This document shows positions 1 to 10,520 of a stretch of DNA of 64,000 nucleotides, in pieces. This DNA is from Clostridia bacterium (GTDB lineage Bacteria > Bacillota > Clostridia > Oscillospirales > CAG-272): positions 8,309 to 72,308 of the forward strand of contig JAFVYL010000040.1 in assembly GCA_017508665.1 (NCBI GenBank), written 5' to 3'. The position numbers were made by a program, and so were the translations under genes. Numbering within the stretch: the stretch's first letter is position 1; every line of letters starts with the position of its first letter. The notes under the pieces were generated by a model, which saw only the letters and a program-made list of their open reading frames with translations, had not been told where the DNA came from and did no database searches.

Positions 1-26
1 GTCCAAAGAAAGGTAGGTTTTTTATT

Positions 27-254
27 ATGAAGGATAAGGAATATATTAATATCAACCCCGACGGTGATGATAGAATTTCTATAAGCAATATGCCGCCTCT
101 GGTGGGTATGAATGATACCGAAATGGTAGTTCCCGCATATAATCCGCCTGTTCCAAACAGAGCTTGGACAGCTATGAGAGCAGGCAAGGATATCGATGAA
201 TTGACGGAAGAAGAAAAGAGGATGCTTTACTTGGGTAAAGACGATATTATCTGA
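27..254 (+). CDS. hypothetical small protein (75 aa)
   Basis: Intact ORF with a purine-rich RBS (AAAGGTAGG) upstream of the ATG. No family recognised. Confidence 0.3.
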   Translation: MKDKEYININPDGDDRISISNMPPLVGMNDTEMVVPAYNPPVPNRAWTAMRAGKDIDELTEEEKRMLYLGKDDII

Positions 255-439
255 TAAAACGGTAAAAAATAAAGAAATAAGCCGAAAAAACACGCATAAA
301 AAAGTAACTGTAGTAAAAAGTACGAAATTATGCAGTCATAATCAAAAAATGTAAAAAAATAAAGATTATGATATAAAAAATCCGCAGAAAATATAACAAA
401 AACGGGATTTTTCCATTTTTAGCGTTCAAATAAAGAAAT

Positions 440-475
440 GCTACCGCAGAATCGCTTCTGCGGTAGCTGTTTTTG
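440..475. terminator. bidirectional intrinsic terminator
   Basis: GCTACCGCAGAA-tcgc-TTCTGCGGTAGC stem with a T-run on the + side and an A-rich run on the other side. It sits between convergent genes. Confidence 0.7.
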
Positions 476-521
476 TGTGGCTATGAAATGATGCGCGCCA
501 TACAAATCTGCATATTTCTTT

Positions 522-2720
522 TTATGTGCGCTTTCCCCAAACGGTGTACTCACCTGCGGTGTAGCTTTTTGTCACACCGTCGATCGTTACATCTGCGGTA
601 GTTCCTTCAGGAATAGCGAAAGAATATCTTACTCCGTCATTTGTGTATTTCCACTCGGAGCGAATGATTCCCGAGCGAGTCTCGATCCTTGCCTTTGCAA
701 AGCCGAGCTTTTCGCAAGGGATAGGAGATATCTCAAAGGTTTTGTATGCGGGAGTGGTAGGTCTGACACCGAGAATCGTGCGGTAGAACCAAGCCGCGCA
801 CGCGCCGTATGCGTAATGATTAAAGGAGTTCATGTCGGTGCTCCAGAAGCTGCCGTCCTCTCTTTGGCTGTCCCAGTGCTCCCAAATAGTAGTAGCACCC
901 ATATTTACAGAGAAGAGCCATGAGGGGAATTTCTCCTGGAGAAGAAGCGTGTAGGCCTTGTCGGGGCGGCCGATCTCGGTCAGAGCATCGAGAAGATAAG
1001 GAGTACCTACAAAGCCTGTCTGAAGTCTGTCACCGAATTCTTCTATGATCTCAACGAGTCTCTTTCCAAGCTTTGCCTTGAGCTCTGCATCATCATCGAC
1101 AAGACCAAAGTGCAGGGTAAGGACGTGAGCGGTCTGTGTATCCGAGGTGAGCTTTCCGCGCTTGATAAACTTGGATCTGTACGCCTTGCGGATCCTCTCG
1201 GCAAGTCTGTCGTAGCCCTCAGCGTTATATCCGAGAACACGGCAGGTCTTAGCGAGTATAGTTGTAATTAAGAAGTAATATGCGCTCGCGATCAGATCCT
1301 TGTCTGTAGATCCGGTGTAAGAGCCTGCGGGCGCATCCATGCCTAGCCAGTCACCGAAATGGTTGTCACCGAGCCAAAGGCACTTTTTGCCTGCGCGCGA
1401 CTTTACGTAGCCGTGCCACTTTTTCATCATAGGGAAGTGCTCGCGCAACAGCTTCCTGTCGCCGTAAGCATTGTATATCTCCCAAGGAACAATACATGCC
1501 GCATCGCACCAAGCGGTGGAGTTTCTGGTTGAGTTGATACGGAGAGCATCGGGGATAACGTGAGGCATTTCACCATTTTCGAACTGCTCACTCGCCATAT
1601 CGCGCAACCATTTTCTGAAAAATATCTCTGTATCAAAGTTTATGGATGCCGCTCTTGCAAATACCTGTGTGTCACCCGTCCATCCGAGTCTCTCATCTCT
1701 CTGCGGACAGTCGGTCGGAATATCGAGATAGTTGTCTCTCTGACCCCAGATGATGTTGGAGTAGAGCTGGTTGAGCTTTTCGTGTCCGCTGGTAAAGTAT
1801 CCTGTGCGCTTCATATCCGAGTGCATAACTATAGCTCGGAAGTTGTCCGCGACTACCTCCTCGGGCCAGTCGATCAGCTTTATGTATCTGAAGCCGAAGA
1901 AGGTGTACACAGCCTTATAGGTCTGCTTTCCCGGCTTAGCCGTATATACCATCTCGCTCCTTGCGGTACGGTAGTTGGCATTGTAGAAGTTGCCGTCTTT
2001 GTCAAGGACCTCAGCGCACTTTATCTCTACACGCTCGCCACCCTTTGCATTGAGAGTAAACTCTAAAGTGCCTGTTATCTCCTGTCCGAAGTCGATGAGC
2101 GTCTCGCCACTCGGGGTAGTAAATACGCGTCTTGGCGCTACTGTTTCGATCTCTCTTGTAGGAACACCGTCCATGGGTGTGAGCACGTTCTTATCGAAGT
2201 CGAAGATGTGAGCATTTGTCTTGAACTCGGGTGTGATGCGCGCATCCGTGATCTCACCGTCGTATATTCCTGAGAAGAGACACTCGGACTTAGCTGTCTG
2301 CCAGCTCTCGTCGGTCAGAACTGTCTCGCTTGTGCCGTCCTTGTAAAGGATCTCGAGGGCTGCTATGAGTGCAGGGTGCGTACCGTACATGCCACACTTA
2401 GTGTCGGGGAATCCGCCGCGTGATGAGTACCATCCGTTACCTACACCGATCGTAAGCTCGGAATTCTTATCGAGCATGTTTGACACGTCATAAGTGAAAA
2501 ATTGTAAACGTTTGTTGTAATTTGTCCAGCCCGGTGCCATGTAATCCTTGCCGACACGTGTACCGTTTATCTTCGCTACAAATACTCCGAGAGAGGAAAT
2601 ATGAAGTGTTGCTTTCTTCACTTCGTCCCTGAGTGAAATGCTTTTTTTGAAATATGGAGTTGCGGGAATCCATGACTTTTCCGCACAGATAAAATTCGCC
2701 TTGTAAATGGGATTTTTCAT
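522..2720 (-). CDS. alpha-L-rhamnosidase (glycoside hydrolase family 78)
   Basis: 732-aa ORF with the DCPQRDERLGWTGD motif. Length and layout are typical of GH78 rhamnosidases. Confidence 0.85.
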   Translation of the reverse strand: MKNPIYKANFICAEKSWIPATPYFKKSISLRDEVKKATLHISSLGVFVAKINGTRVGKDYMAPGWTNYNKRLQFFTYDVSNMLDKNSELTIGVGNGWYSSRGGFPDTKCGMYGTHPALIAALEILYKDGTSETVLTDESWQTAKSECLFSGIYDGEITDARITPEFKTNAHIFDFDKNVLTPMDGVPTREIETVAPRRVFTTPSGETLIDFGQEITGTLEFTLNAKGGERVEIKCAEVLDKDGNFYNANYRTARSEMVYTAKPGKQTYKAVYTFFGFRYIKLIDWPEEVVADNFRAIVMHSDMKRTGYFTSGHEKLNQLYSNIIWGQRDNYLDIPTDCPQRDERLGWTGDTQVFARAASINFDTEIFFRKWLRDMASEQFENGEMPHVIPDALRINSTRNSTAWCDAACIVPWEIYNAYGDRKLLREHFPMMKKWHGYVKSRAGKKCLWLGDNHFGDWLGMDAPAGSYTGSTDKDLIASAYYFLITTILAKTCRVLGYNAEGYDRLAERIRKAYRSKFIKRGKLTSDTQTAHVLTLHFGLVDDDAELKAKLGKRLVEIIEEFGDRLQTGFVGTPYLLDALTEIGRPDKAYTLLLQEKFPSWLFSVNMGATTIWEHWDSQREDGSFWSTDMNSFNHYAYGACAAWFYRTILGVRPTTPAYKTFEISPIPCEKLGFAKARIETRSGIIRSEWKYTNDGVRYSFAIPEGTTADVTIDGVTKSYTAGEYTVWGKRT

Positions 2721-2867
2721 TTCGGACCTCCGTTTTTTGATGACGTAATTTTTAGATATATTTTTGATTAAATGTTACCATATTAACCATGAAAAGTCAA
2801 TATACCCCTTGAAAAAAACGCTCGTACGTGTTAAAATATATAAAACAAACTTTTTGAGGTGATAAAA

Positions 2868-3683
2868 ATGACTCATCAGACCTTTAACTTTGAAGTCTCC
2901 GGCCATCAGATAGAGCTCCACGCATACGTCGCCGAGGGCTCAAAGGACAGAGATTCTGTGCTTATTTTTCCCGGCGGAGGATATCAAAATCTCTCAGTTG
3001 ACCGCGAGGGAGTGTCCGTCGCGCACGCATACCTTGAGCGTGGACTGAATGCCTTTGTGCTCCACTACGCTGTAGGCACGGAATACGTATATCCGAGCCA
3101 TCTTACCGACGCGTCGTTCGCTATCACTTATATCAAGTCACACGCGGAGGATTTCGGCATAGATCCCGAACGCATTTTCACCGTAGGATTCTCTGCGGGA
3201 GGACATCTTTCCGGCTCAATGGCAATTCTTCATAAGGATCCCGAGGTGCTCTCGGCTCTCGGCATAGAAAAGGGAGATAACAAGCCTTGCGGAGCTATAC
3301 TCGCATACCCCGTGGTATCCGCTATGGTAGCGACTCACGAGGGATCTTTTGCAAGACTTGCCGGAAAGCCCTTCGCCGATATTGATGCGAAAGAGCGTGA
3401 AGAGCTCTCACTTGAATGTAACGTTGATGAGGACTCTGCACCCGTCTTTATCTGGCATACATCCGAAGATCCTGCCGTTCCTATGCTCGGGTCGCTCAGA
3501 CTCACCGAGGCGTACTATTCCATCGGCAGGGCGGTAACTCTGCACGTTTACCCTTACGGTCCACACGGTATAGCTCTTGCTAACGAGCAGTCCTCTTGCG
3601 GCAACCCTAATTGGATACAGCCGCTTGCCGAGAATTGGGTGGATGAAAGCGTAAGATGGATCAAAACGGTAAAAAGCTATTGA
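2868..3683 (+). CDS. alpha/beta hydrolase (acetyl esterase/lipase-like)
   Basis: GFSAGGHL nucleophile-elbow (GxSxG) motif. The ATG at 2868 follows a GAGGTG RBS and is preferred over the GTG at 2859. Confidence 0.75.
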   Translation: MTHQTFNFEVSGHQIELHAYVAEGSKDRDSVLIFPGGGYQNLSVDREGVSVAHAYLERGLNAFVLHYAVGTEYVYPSHLTDASFAITYIKSHAEDFGIDPERIFTVGFSAGGHLSGSMAILHKDPEVLSALGIEKGDNKPCGAILAYPVVSAMVATHEGSFARLAGKPFADIDAKEREELSLECNVDEDSAPVFIWHTSEDPAVPMLGSLRLTEAYYSIGRAVTLHVYPYGPHGIALANEQSSCGNPNWIQPLAENWVDESVRWIKTVKSY

Positions 3684-3748
3684 CAACAGTATAAAATATA
3701 TTTATAATAATAACGGTAATTTTATCGCTAAAGCGAAAGGACAGAATA

Positions 3749-5035
3749 ATGGAAAGAACTTTAATCAAAAACGTTACCCCCGGCTACCACAAGGTACAGG
3801 GCTTCGTTGAAAACTTCCGTAACAAGAGAACTATGGCGTTTATCGTAGTAAGAGATGCTTCCGGTAAGCTCCAGGTTACTATCGAAAAAGAGAAGCATCC
3901 CGAGATGCAGGAGATGCTCGATAAGCTCACTATCCACTCCGTAGTTACCTTTGAGGGCGAGGTCGTTGCCTCCGAGTACGTAAAGATGGGTGGCAAGGAG
4001 ATGTATCCCGACACGATGAGAGTTGAGTCCTATGCCAACGCTCTTCCCATCAAGGATGACTCCGAGATCGACGTAAAGATGGACTACAGATGGATAGACC
4101 TCCGCCGTGAGAAAAACCACCTTATGCTCTCTCTTCAGACCACTCTTACCGCAGCATTCAGAGAGTTCCTTCTTGAGCGTGACTTCGTAGAGATCCATAC
4201 TCCCAAGCTTATAGCGGCTGCTTCCGAGTCGGGCTCTGACGTTTTCGAAGTCAAGTACTTTGACGGAAACGCATATCTTGCTCAGTCTCCTCAGTTCTAC
4301 AAGCAGATGGCTATGGCTGCAGGTCTTGAGAGAATATTTGAGACAGGCCCCGTTTTCAGAGCAGAGAAGTCCTATACTAATAAGCACGCTACCGAGTTCA
4401 CCGGCTTCGATCTTGAGTTCTCCTACGTTGACGGCTGTGAGGACGTTATGAAGATGGAAGAGGAGCTTCTCGCGTACGCTCTTGCAAAGGTTAAGGCGGC
4501 GCACGGAGATGCTATCAAGGAGCTTTACGGCATGGACCTTGAGGTTCCCACGCTTCCGTTCCCCAGAATGAAGCTTGCTGACGTTTACCGCGAGCTCGAG
4601 GAGAGATACGGCTACACAGTTCCCGCGGAGCTTCACGGTGACCTCACCACCGAGGCAGAGAGAATGACCAAGCAGCTTTGCCGCGATAAGTTTAACCACG
4701 AATTCCTCTTTATCACCGACTACGATGCGAGTGAGAGAGCATTCTATCATATGAGAGATGAAAACGGTGTTCCTCAGGGCTACGACCTTATCTGGCGCGG
4801 CGTTGAGATCACTACCGGTGCTCAGAGAGAGCACAGATACGACGTGCTTAAGGCTCAGGCTGAGGAGAAGGGACTTGCAGAGGACGTTAAGTTCTACCTC
4901 GAGTTCTTCCGGTACGGCTGTCCTCCTCACGGTGGCTTCGGCCTTGGTATTGACCGACTCACCATGCTCTTCCTCGGTCTTTCCATCAAGGAGGTTCAGT
5001 TCCTCTTCAGAGGTCCTAACCGTCTTACTCCGTAA
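3749..5035 (+). CDS. aspS: aspartate--tRNA ligase, archaeal/type-2 form
   Basis: Class IIb aaRS motifs: FRAEKS...TEF, YLEFFRYGCPPHGGFGLGIDRL, and a C-terminal FRGPNRLTP. The 428-aa length matches the short AspRS type. Confidence 0.8.
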   Translation: MERTLIKNVTPGYHKVQGFVENFRNKRTMAFIVVRDASGKLQVTIEKEKHPEMQEMLDKLTIHSVVTFEGEVVASEYVKMGGKEMYPDTMRVESYANALPIKDDSEIDVKMDYRWIDLRREKNHLMLSLQTTLTAAFREFLLERDFVEIHTPKLIAAASESGSDVFEVKYFDGNAYLAQSPQFYKQMAMAAGLERIFETGPVFRAEKSYTNKHATEFTGFDLEFSYVDGCEDVMKMEEELLAYALAKVKAAHGDAIKELYGMDLEVPTLPFPRMKLADVYRELEERYGYTVPAELHGDLTTEAERMTKQLCRDKFNHEFLFITDYDASERAFYHMRDENGVPQGYDLIWRGVEITTGAQREHRYDVLKAQAEEKGLAEDVKFYLEFFRYGCPPHGGFGLGIDRLTMLFLGLSIKEVQFLFRGPNRLTP

Positions 5036-5131
5036 TGTTAGATGGACCTTTAAATCTTAGTATTTTGATAATAAAAGTTTGCAAATAACCGCTTAACTAC
5101 TTAAATTTTACGTTTGAAAGGAATAATTACA

Positions 5132-5773
5132 ATGAAAATTGCACTTATAAATGAGAATAGCCAGGCGGCTAAAAACGCGCTCATCTGCGATACTCTTAAG
5201 AAGGTTGTTGAGCCCCTCGGCCACGAGGTATACAACTACGGTATGTACTCTGCTGAGGACAAGGAGCAGCTCACCTACGTTCAGATAGGTATCCTCTCCG
5301 CAGTTCTTCTTAACTCAGGCGCATGCGACCTTGTTATCACCGGTTGCGGCACAGGTGAGGGTGCGATGCTCGCTTGCAACTCCTTCCCCGGTGTTCTTTG
5401 CGGTCATGTAGTCGATCCTACCGATGCTTACCAGTTCACTCAGGTAAACAACGGCAACGCTATTGCGATGCCCTTTGCAAAGGGCTGGGGCTGGGGCTGT
5501 GAGCTCAATCTCCAGTACGTATTCGAGAAGCTCTTCGTTTCCGAGTGGGGTCTTGGTTATCCCCGTGAGAGAGCAGTTCCCGAGCAGAGAAACAAGAAGA
5601 TTCTCGACGAGGTAAAGAAGGTTACTCACACCGACATCTGCTACATCCTTGAGAACCTTGACCGTGAGCTTGTAAAGGGTGCTCTCGGCGGAGCTAAGTT
5701 CCAGGAGCTCTTCTTCCCCAACTGCAAGGACGAGAGAATCGCAGCTTGTGTAAGAAAGGTTATCGCTGAGTAA
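5132..5773 (+). CDS. RpiB/LacA/LacB-family sugar-phosphate isomerase-like protein (long form)
   Basis: MKIALINE... N-terminus and a GCGTGEG active-site-like loop. The ATG at 5132 follows a GAAAGGAA RBS; the ORF-track TTG at 5114 is unlikely. Confidence 0.65.
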   Translation: MKIALINENSQAAKNALICDTLKKVVEPLGHEVYNYGMYSAEDKEQLTYVQIGILSAVLLNSGACDLVITGCGTGEGAMLACNSFPGVLCGHVVDPTDAYQFTQVNNGNAIAMPFAKGWGWGCELNLQYVFEKLFVSEWGLGYPRERAVPEQRNKKILDEVKKVTHTDICYILENLDRELVKGALGGAKFQELFFPNCKDERIAACVRKVIAE

Positions 5774-5812
5774 TTTTCTCACAGTACCTGTTTTTAAGTA
5801 TACGCAAAGATA

Positions 5813-5846
5813 GACCGCCACGTTGATTCGCGGCGGTCCTTTTTTT
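5813..5846 (+). terminator. intrinsic terminator
   Basis: GACCGCCACG-ttgatt-CGCGGCGGTC stem followed by a T7 run. Confidence 0.75.
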
Positions 5847-6069
5847 GTTTGTGTTATTAAGCGGTAATGCCTTTCGATCGTACCTGTAAAAGTCAAAAAT
5901 AATAGAATCGTCAAGTGTACCGCGATGCTTTTTTTGTATATTCAACATATTTTTACGGCGTGTATTGTGCATACATACGAAATATAAAAATAAACTTGTA
6001 ATCCTTGTACGCAAATGGTATAATGCAAGTATATGATTTGTATTAGTTAGGTAAAAGGAGACCAACAAT

Positions 6070-7269
6070 ATGGATTTTATCAAAGAGAGTGTGATTACTC
6101 CCAGAAAATACGAGTGCGACGTTTGTGTATGCGGTGGCGGTGTTGCGGGTATCGCGGCTGCCATAGCGGCTAAGCGTGCAGGTGCTGAGGAGGTCATACT
6201 GCTTGAGCGCTCCTTTATGCTCGGAGGCCTTGCTACCGCCGGACTTGTAACCATATATCTGGCACTGTGTGACGGATACGGACATCAGATCTGCTACGGA
6301 CTTGCCGAGGAGCTTTTCAAGCTTTCCATTGAATATGGCGCAGAAGCGAGATATCCTACCGCTTGGCTTGATGGCGGAACTGTAGAGGAAAGAGCCAAAC
6401 GTCGATTCGAGGTGCAGTTTAATGCTCAGCTGTTCGCTCTGAGTGCTGAGAGACTTCTGAGACAAGAAGGAATCAAAGTAATGTACGGTGCATCGGCAGT
6501 GGCTACCCATGTGGAGGATAGACGCATAACCGACGTTATAATTGAGGGAAAAGGCGGAAGAGAGGCTATACGCGTAAAGGGTTCTGTAGTTGATACTACG
6601 GGAGATGCCGACGTATGCAAGCTCGCGGGAGCTAAGACTGCCAATTTTGCCGCAGGAAACAAGCTCGCATCCTGGTACTACGGTGTAGCCGAGGGAAAGC
6701 TTGAGCTCTATATGGTCGGAGTACACGATGTGAATGATGACAAGAATGCGACCGATCTTAAGGATGAACGCAGATTTACAGGACTTGATACCGACGAGAT
6801 TTCCGAAATGGTTCAGATCGGACACTCCGCGATGATGAACAATCTGCTTACAAGAAGGGGCGTTACGTCTGATCTCGTTCCGGTTACAATATCCACCATT
6901 CCCGAACTCCGTATGACGAGACGTCTCGCCGGAGCTTACACACAGGATATAGACGAGGTAGACGTCGAATACCCCGATAGCGTGGGAATTTTCCCTAACT
7001 GGAAGAAGATAGGACCTGTCTATGAGCTTCCTTTCTCCGCTCTTTACGGCAAGGAGATAAAAAATCTTGCAGTTGCAGGCAGATGCATCTCGGTTACTGA
7101 CGAGATGTGGGACGTGACGCGAGTAATACCGGTGTGCGCGGTCTCCGGTGAGGCTGCGGGTGCTGCGGCAGCTATGTGCTCTGATTTTGCCAACATTGAT
7201 ATTAAAAAGCTGCAGAGCCATCTTATAAATTGCGGTGTTAAACTGCACAATTATTTAAAGGAGCAATAA
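6070..7269 (+). CDS. FAD-dependent oxidoreductase (FAD_oxidored-type, often linked to glycoside hydrolases)
   Basis: N-terminal dinucleotide-binding motif CDVCVCGGGVAGIAAAIAAKRAG. It is immediately followed by the GH2 gene with a 1-nt gap. Confidence 0.7.
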   Translation: MDFIKESVITPRKYECDVCVCGGGVAGIAAAIAAKRAGAEEVILLERSFMLGGLATAGLVTIYLALCDGYGHQICYGLAEELFKLSIEYGAEARYPTAWLDGGTVEERAKRRFEVQFNAQLFALSAERLLRQEGIKVMYGASAVATHVEDRRITDVIIEGKGGREAIRVKGSVVDTTGDADVCKLAGAKTANFAAGNKLASWYYGVAEGKLELYMVGVHDVNDDKNATDLKDERRFTGLDTDEISEMVQIGHSAMMNNLLTRRGVTSDLVPVTISTIPELRMTRRLAGAYTQDIDEVDVEYPDSVGIFPNWKKIGPVYELPFSALYGKEIKNLAVAGRCISVTDEMWDVTRVIPVCAVSGEAAGAAAAMCSDFANIDIKKLQSHLINCGVKLHNYLKEQ

Positions 7270-7270
7270 A

Positions 7271-9718
7271 ATGAGGAAAATATATTTGCACGACGGATGG
7301 AGCTTTTCAGAGGTGAGTCTCGGTGAGAGATTTGAAGCCAAAGTACCGGGCTGTCTTCATACCGATCTTATGGCGGCCGGAAAGGTCACCGATATATTCT
7401 ACAGAGATAATAACGACAAGTACGGCTGGATAGAGAATCTCTCGCCCGTGTACGAAACTTGTTTTGACGCACCTCTTTCCGATAACGTAAAGCTTAAGTT
7501 TGACGGTCTGGATACCTTTGCTTCGGTGTACCTTAACGGTGTGCATCTTGGTGATACTCACAATATGTTTATTCCGCACACCTTTGACGTCTCGGGTATT
7601 CTTAAAGAGCGTGAGAACACCCTCCGTGTCGAGTTTACTCCGCCTGTAAAGGCTGTTGAGGGTATGCCTGTAGCACCCGGATATGCATTTACCGGTGACA
7701 GAATAAATGCGCGCCGCATACAGTGTACGTACGTCTGGGACTGGGTTGACAGATTCGTCACGATGGGCATATTCCGTCCGGTATATCTTGAGTACAGAGA
7801 GGGTCTTGAGATCGAGGACGTGTACGTCCGTACTGATGCGCTCGACCGCTTTGGCGCGTCGATAGTTGCTGAGTACACTCTCTCGGGATTTGACAAACCC
7901 GGTATAGTTGAGGCAGAGCTCGTATCCCCCTCGGGCAAGGTGGTTTACCGTGACAGATTTTATGCGGATCATCCCCTTGTTGTCAGAAAGATGGACATTC
8001 CCGACCCTGAGCTCTGGTATCCCGCAGGCTACGGCGATCAGCCGCTTTACACTTTTAGAGCACACACGGACACCTCATCCTATGAGACACATCTCGGCAT
8101 AAGAACTATACGCATTATCAATCATAAGGACGAGCCGGGAAGTGAATATTACGATCGCGCTGCCGAAGCGGCAAAATCCGAGGTTGCAGGATGCCGTACC
8201 CGTGATGACGAATACTTCGGCTTCAAGGTAGTTGTAAACGGTACGGAAATATTCTGCAGAGGCGGAAACTGGGTACCGTGTGATCCCTTCCAGTCCGAGG
8301 AGAGCGACGAGAAAATACGCGCTCTTGTAAAGGGCGCACGCGAGATGGGTGCAAATATGCTCCGCGTGTGGGGAGGCGGACTGTTTGAGAAATTCTCATT
8401 CTTCGACGAGTGCGACAGACAGGGTATACTTATCTGCCACGATTTCCTTATGGCGTGCGGTCAGTATCCCGAAAAGGAACAGTGGTTCATTAATGAGCTT
8501 CGTCTTGAGTCTGAGTATGCGGTGAAATTTATGAGAAATCATCCGTGTCTTGCCTGGTTCCACGGTGACAATGAAAACGCGGTTGACGGAAACGATACGG
8601 CGGTAGATTACACCGGCAGAGACAGCGCGCTTGACGGCATATTCCCGAGCGTATATAAGTACTCCAAAAACATCCCCTTGCTCGCATCGAGTCCTTGGGG
8701 CGGAAACGTTTACAATTCCATAACCTCGGGTACTTCTCATAACACCAACTTCATCCCCGAAATCTTTAACTACGTAAATGGCACAGACTGTAACGGCTAC
8801 AAGGAATACTTCGCACAGCTTACCTCACGTTTCGTTGCGGAAGAGCCTACGTTCGGTGCTATCTGCCGTGAGTCAATGCTTGAATTTATGACCGAGGATG
8901 ATCTTCTCGGTGATGACGAGAGCATACTTAAATATCACTGTAAAACAAATCCCGCTCTGCCAAGACACATATACGATGATGTAAGAGCCTTTGCGGAGCA
9001 TATGCTCGGAGAATTCCGTGACGGCGAGGATAGGTACTTTAAGCTGAAGTATATGCAGTGCGAATGGGTTAAGATGACAATGGAGCTATCTCTGCGCAAT
9101 CTCGGATATACAAACGGTACAATATATTGGATGTTCAATGATTGTTGGCCCGCATCTGTCGGATGGGCATTCGTAGATTATTATCTGCGCAGAAAGCCTT
9201 CGTATTATACGTTCAAGCGTCTTGCAAACGACGTTGTAGGCTCGATCGACGTTATCACCGGACACCTTGTCCTCTCAAACACGTCAGGCGAGGCAAAGGC
9301 GGCAGAGCTGACACTTCATCTTCTTGATATGAGTGACGGTATGAGAGAGATAGATACGTTGAAGAGCTCTGTCGGACTTGGCGCGTATTCCTGCGCCGCG
9401 ATAGACGTTTCAGACCGTCTTGGGGAGAACATTCTTGCTGTCGTTGACGTTGACTGCGAGGGTAAAGTTTATCGCTCGCACTACAAGCGAGGTAAGCTTG
9501 AAATCAGACGCGATGACAGATTTACCGTTGTTGCAAGTGATGAAAAATCGATCACAATTCGCGCCGATGCGCATCTTCAGGCTGTGGAGCTCGAAGGAGA
9601 TTACACCTTCTCGGATAACTATTTCTCTATGCTTGACGGGGAGATCAAAACAGTTACTTTTGAAAAGTTCTCAGATAACGCTAAAGGCGTAAGTGTCAAA
9701 GCTTATGTGTTAAAGTAA
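7271..9718 (+). CDS. glycoside hydrolase family 2 protein (beta-mannosidase-like)
   Basis: 815 aa with GH2-like sugar-binding, Ig and TIM-barrel order, including segments MLRVWGGG and FHGDNEN. Confidence 0.7.
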   Translation: MRKIYLHDGWSFSEVSLGERFEAKVPGCLHTDLMAAGKVTDIFYRDNNDKYGWIENLSPVYETCFDAPLSDNVKLKFDGLDTFASVYLNGVHLGDTHNMFIPHTFDVSGILKERENTLRVEFTPPVKAVEGMPVAPGYAFTGDRINARRIQCTYVWDWVDRFVTMGIFRPVYLEYREGLEIEDVYVRTDALDRFGASIVAEYTLSGFDKPGIVEAELVSPSGKVVYRDRFYADHPLVVRKMDIPDPELWYPAGYGDQPLYTFRAHTDTSSYETHLGIRTIRIINHKDEPGSEYYDRAAEAAKSEVAGCRTRDDEYFGFKVVVNGTEIFCRGGNWVPCDPFQSEESDEKIRALVKGAREMGANMLRVWGGGLFEKFSFFDECDRQGILICHDFLMACGQYPEKEQWFINELRLESEYAVKFMRNHPCLAWFHGDNENAVDGNDTAVDYTGRDSALDGIFPSVYKYSKNIPLLASSPWGGNVYNSITSGTSHNTNFIPEIFNYVNGTDCNGYKEYFAQLTSRFVAEEPTFGAICRESMLEFMTEDDLLGDDESILKYHCKTNPALPRHIYDDVRAFAEHMLGEFRDGEDRYFKLKYMQCEWVKMTMELSLRNLGYTNGTIYWMFNDCWPASVGWAFVDYYLRRKPSYYTFKRLANDVVGSIDVITGHLVLSNTSGEAKAAELTLHLLDMSDGMREIDTLKSSVGLGAYSCAAIDVSDRLGENILAVVDVDCEGKVYRSHYKRGKLEIRRDDRFTVVASDEKSITIRADAHLQAVELEGDYTFSDNYFSMLDGEIKTVTFEKFSDNAKGVSVKAYVLK

Positions 9719-9779
9719 AGTTGAGTTGTCTTTTTAGCCGTTAAATGCTGTTTAAATATCATTTTCAGAAAGGAATTAT

Positions 9780-10511
9780 ATGGAGTTTTTACGTTTTCTT
9801 GAAAGTATAAGAACCGGTGTCGGAAACTTCTTTTTCGCCACGGTTACTCATCTCGGCGAGGAGGTATTCTTCCTTGCTATAGCGATCCTGTTCTATTGGT
9901 GTATCAGTAAAAGACAGGGGTACTACATTCTCCTGACCGGTGTCCTTGGCAGTGTTATAAATCAATGGCTCAAGATAGTGTGCCGAATTCCGAGACCGTG
10001 GATAATTGATCCCGGTTTTGAGCCTGTAGGTGACGCGGTTGCCGAGGCTACCGGATATTCCTTCCCCTCGGGACATACTCAGAATATCGCCGGTACGTTC
10101 GGTTGTATCGGCCGATACAACAGACAGAAATGGGTGAAGATCTCTTCCGCGGTAATAATACTTCTGGTTGCCTTCTCGAGAATGTATCTCGGAGTACACA
10201 CACCGCTTGACGTTTGTACTTCGCTCGGTATTGCAGCGGCTCTCGTCTTTGCTTTTTATTTCGTTTTTCGCACCGAGGAGAGCACCGATAGGTACCTCAT
10301 TTGGGTAGTGATAGGCTCGGTTATTTTCTCCGTTGCTTTTATACTGTACGTATTCCTTCTTCCCGAGAGCGGATTTGCTCCGGGTGCCGATCTTGCAAAT
10401 CTCCTCAGCGCAAAGAAAAACGCCGCGACTCTTACGGGATGCCTTTTCGGACTCGCTCTTGTGTATCCTCTTGACAAATACGTTATTAAGTTCGACACAA
10501 AGGGCAGATAG
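9780..10511 (+). CDS. PAP2-family phosphatase (membrane), terminated by an in-frame TAG
   Basis: PAP2 motifs KxxxxxRP (CRIPRPW), PSGHT and SRMYLGVHTPLDV, with multiple TM segments. Confidence 0.8.
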   Translation: MEFLRFLESIRTGVGNFFFATVTHLGEEVFFLAIAILFYWCISKRQGYYILLTGVLGSVINQWLKIVCRIPRPWIIDPGFEPVGDAVAEATGYSFPSGHTQNIAGTFGCIGRYNRQKWVKISSAVIILLVAFSRMYLGVHTPLDVCTSLGIAAALVFAFYFVFRTEESTDRYLIWVVIGSVIFSVAFILYVFLLPESGFAPGADLANLLSAKKNAATLTGCLFGLALVYPLDKYVIKFDTKGR

Positions 10512-10520
10512 TATTCTCAG

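Noticed and set aside
255-435. A strongly A-rich (plus strand) 180-nt non-coding stretch follows the first small ORF.
   Set aside because: I saw no repeats, conserved motif or convincing structure apart from a weak AAATCC/GGATTT stem. It is most simply an AT-rich intergenic or 3'-UTR region at the window edge.
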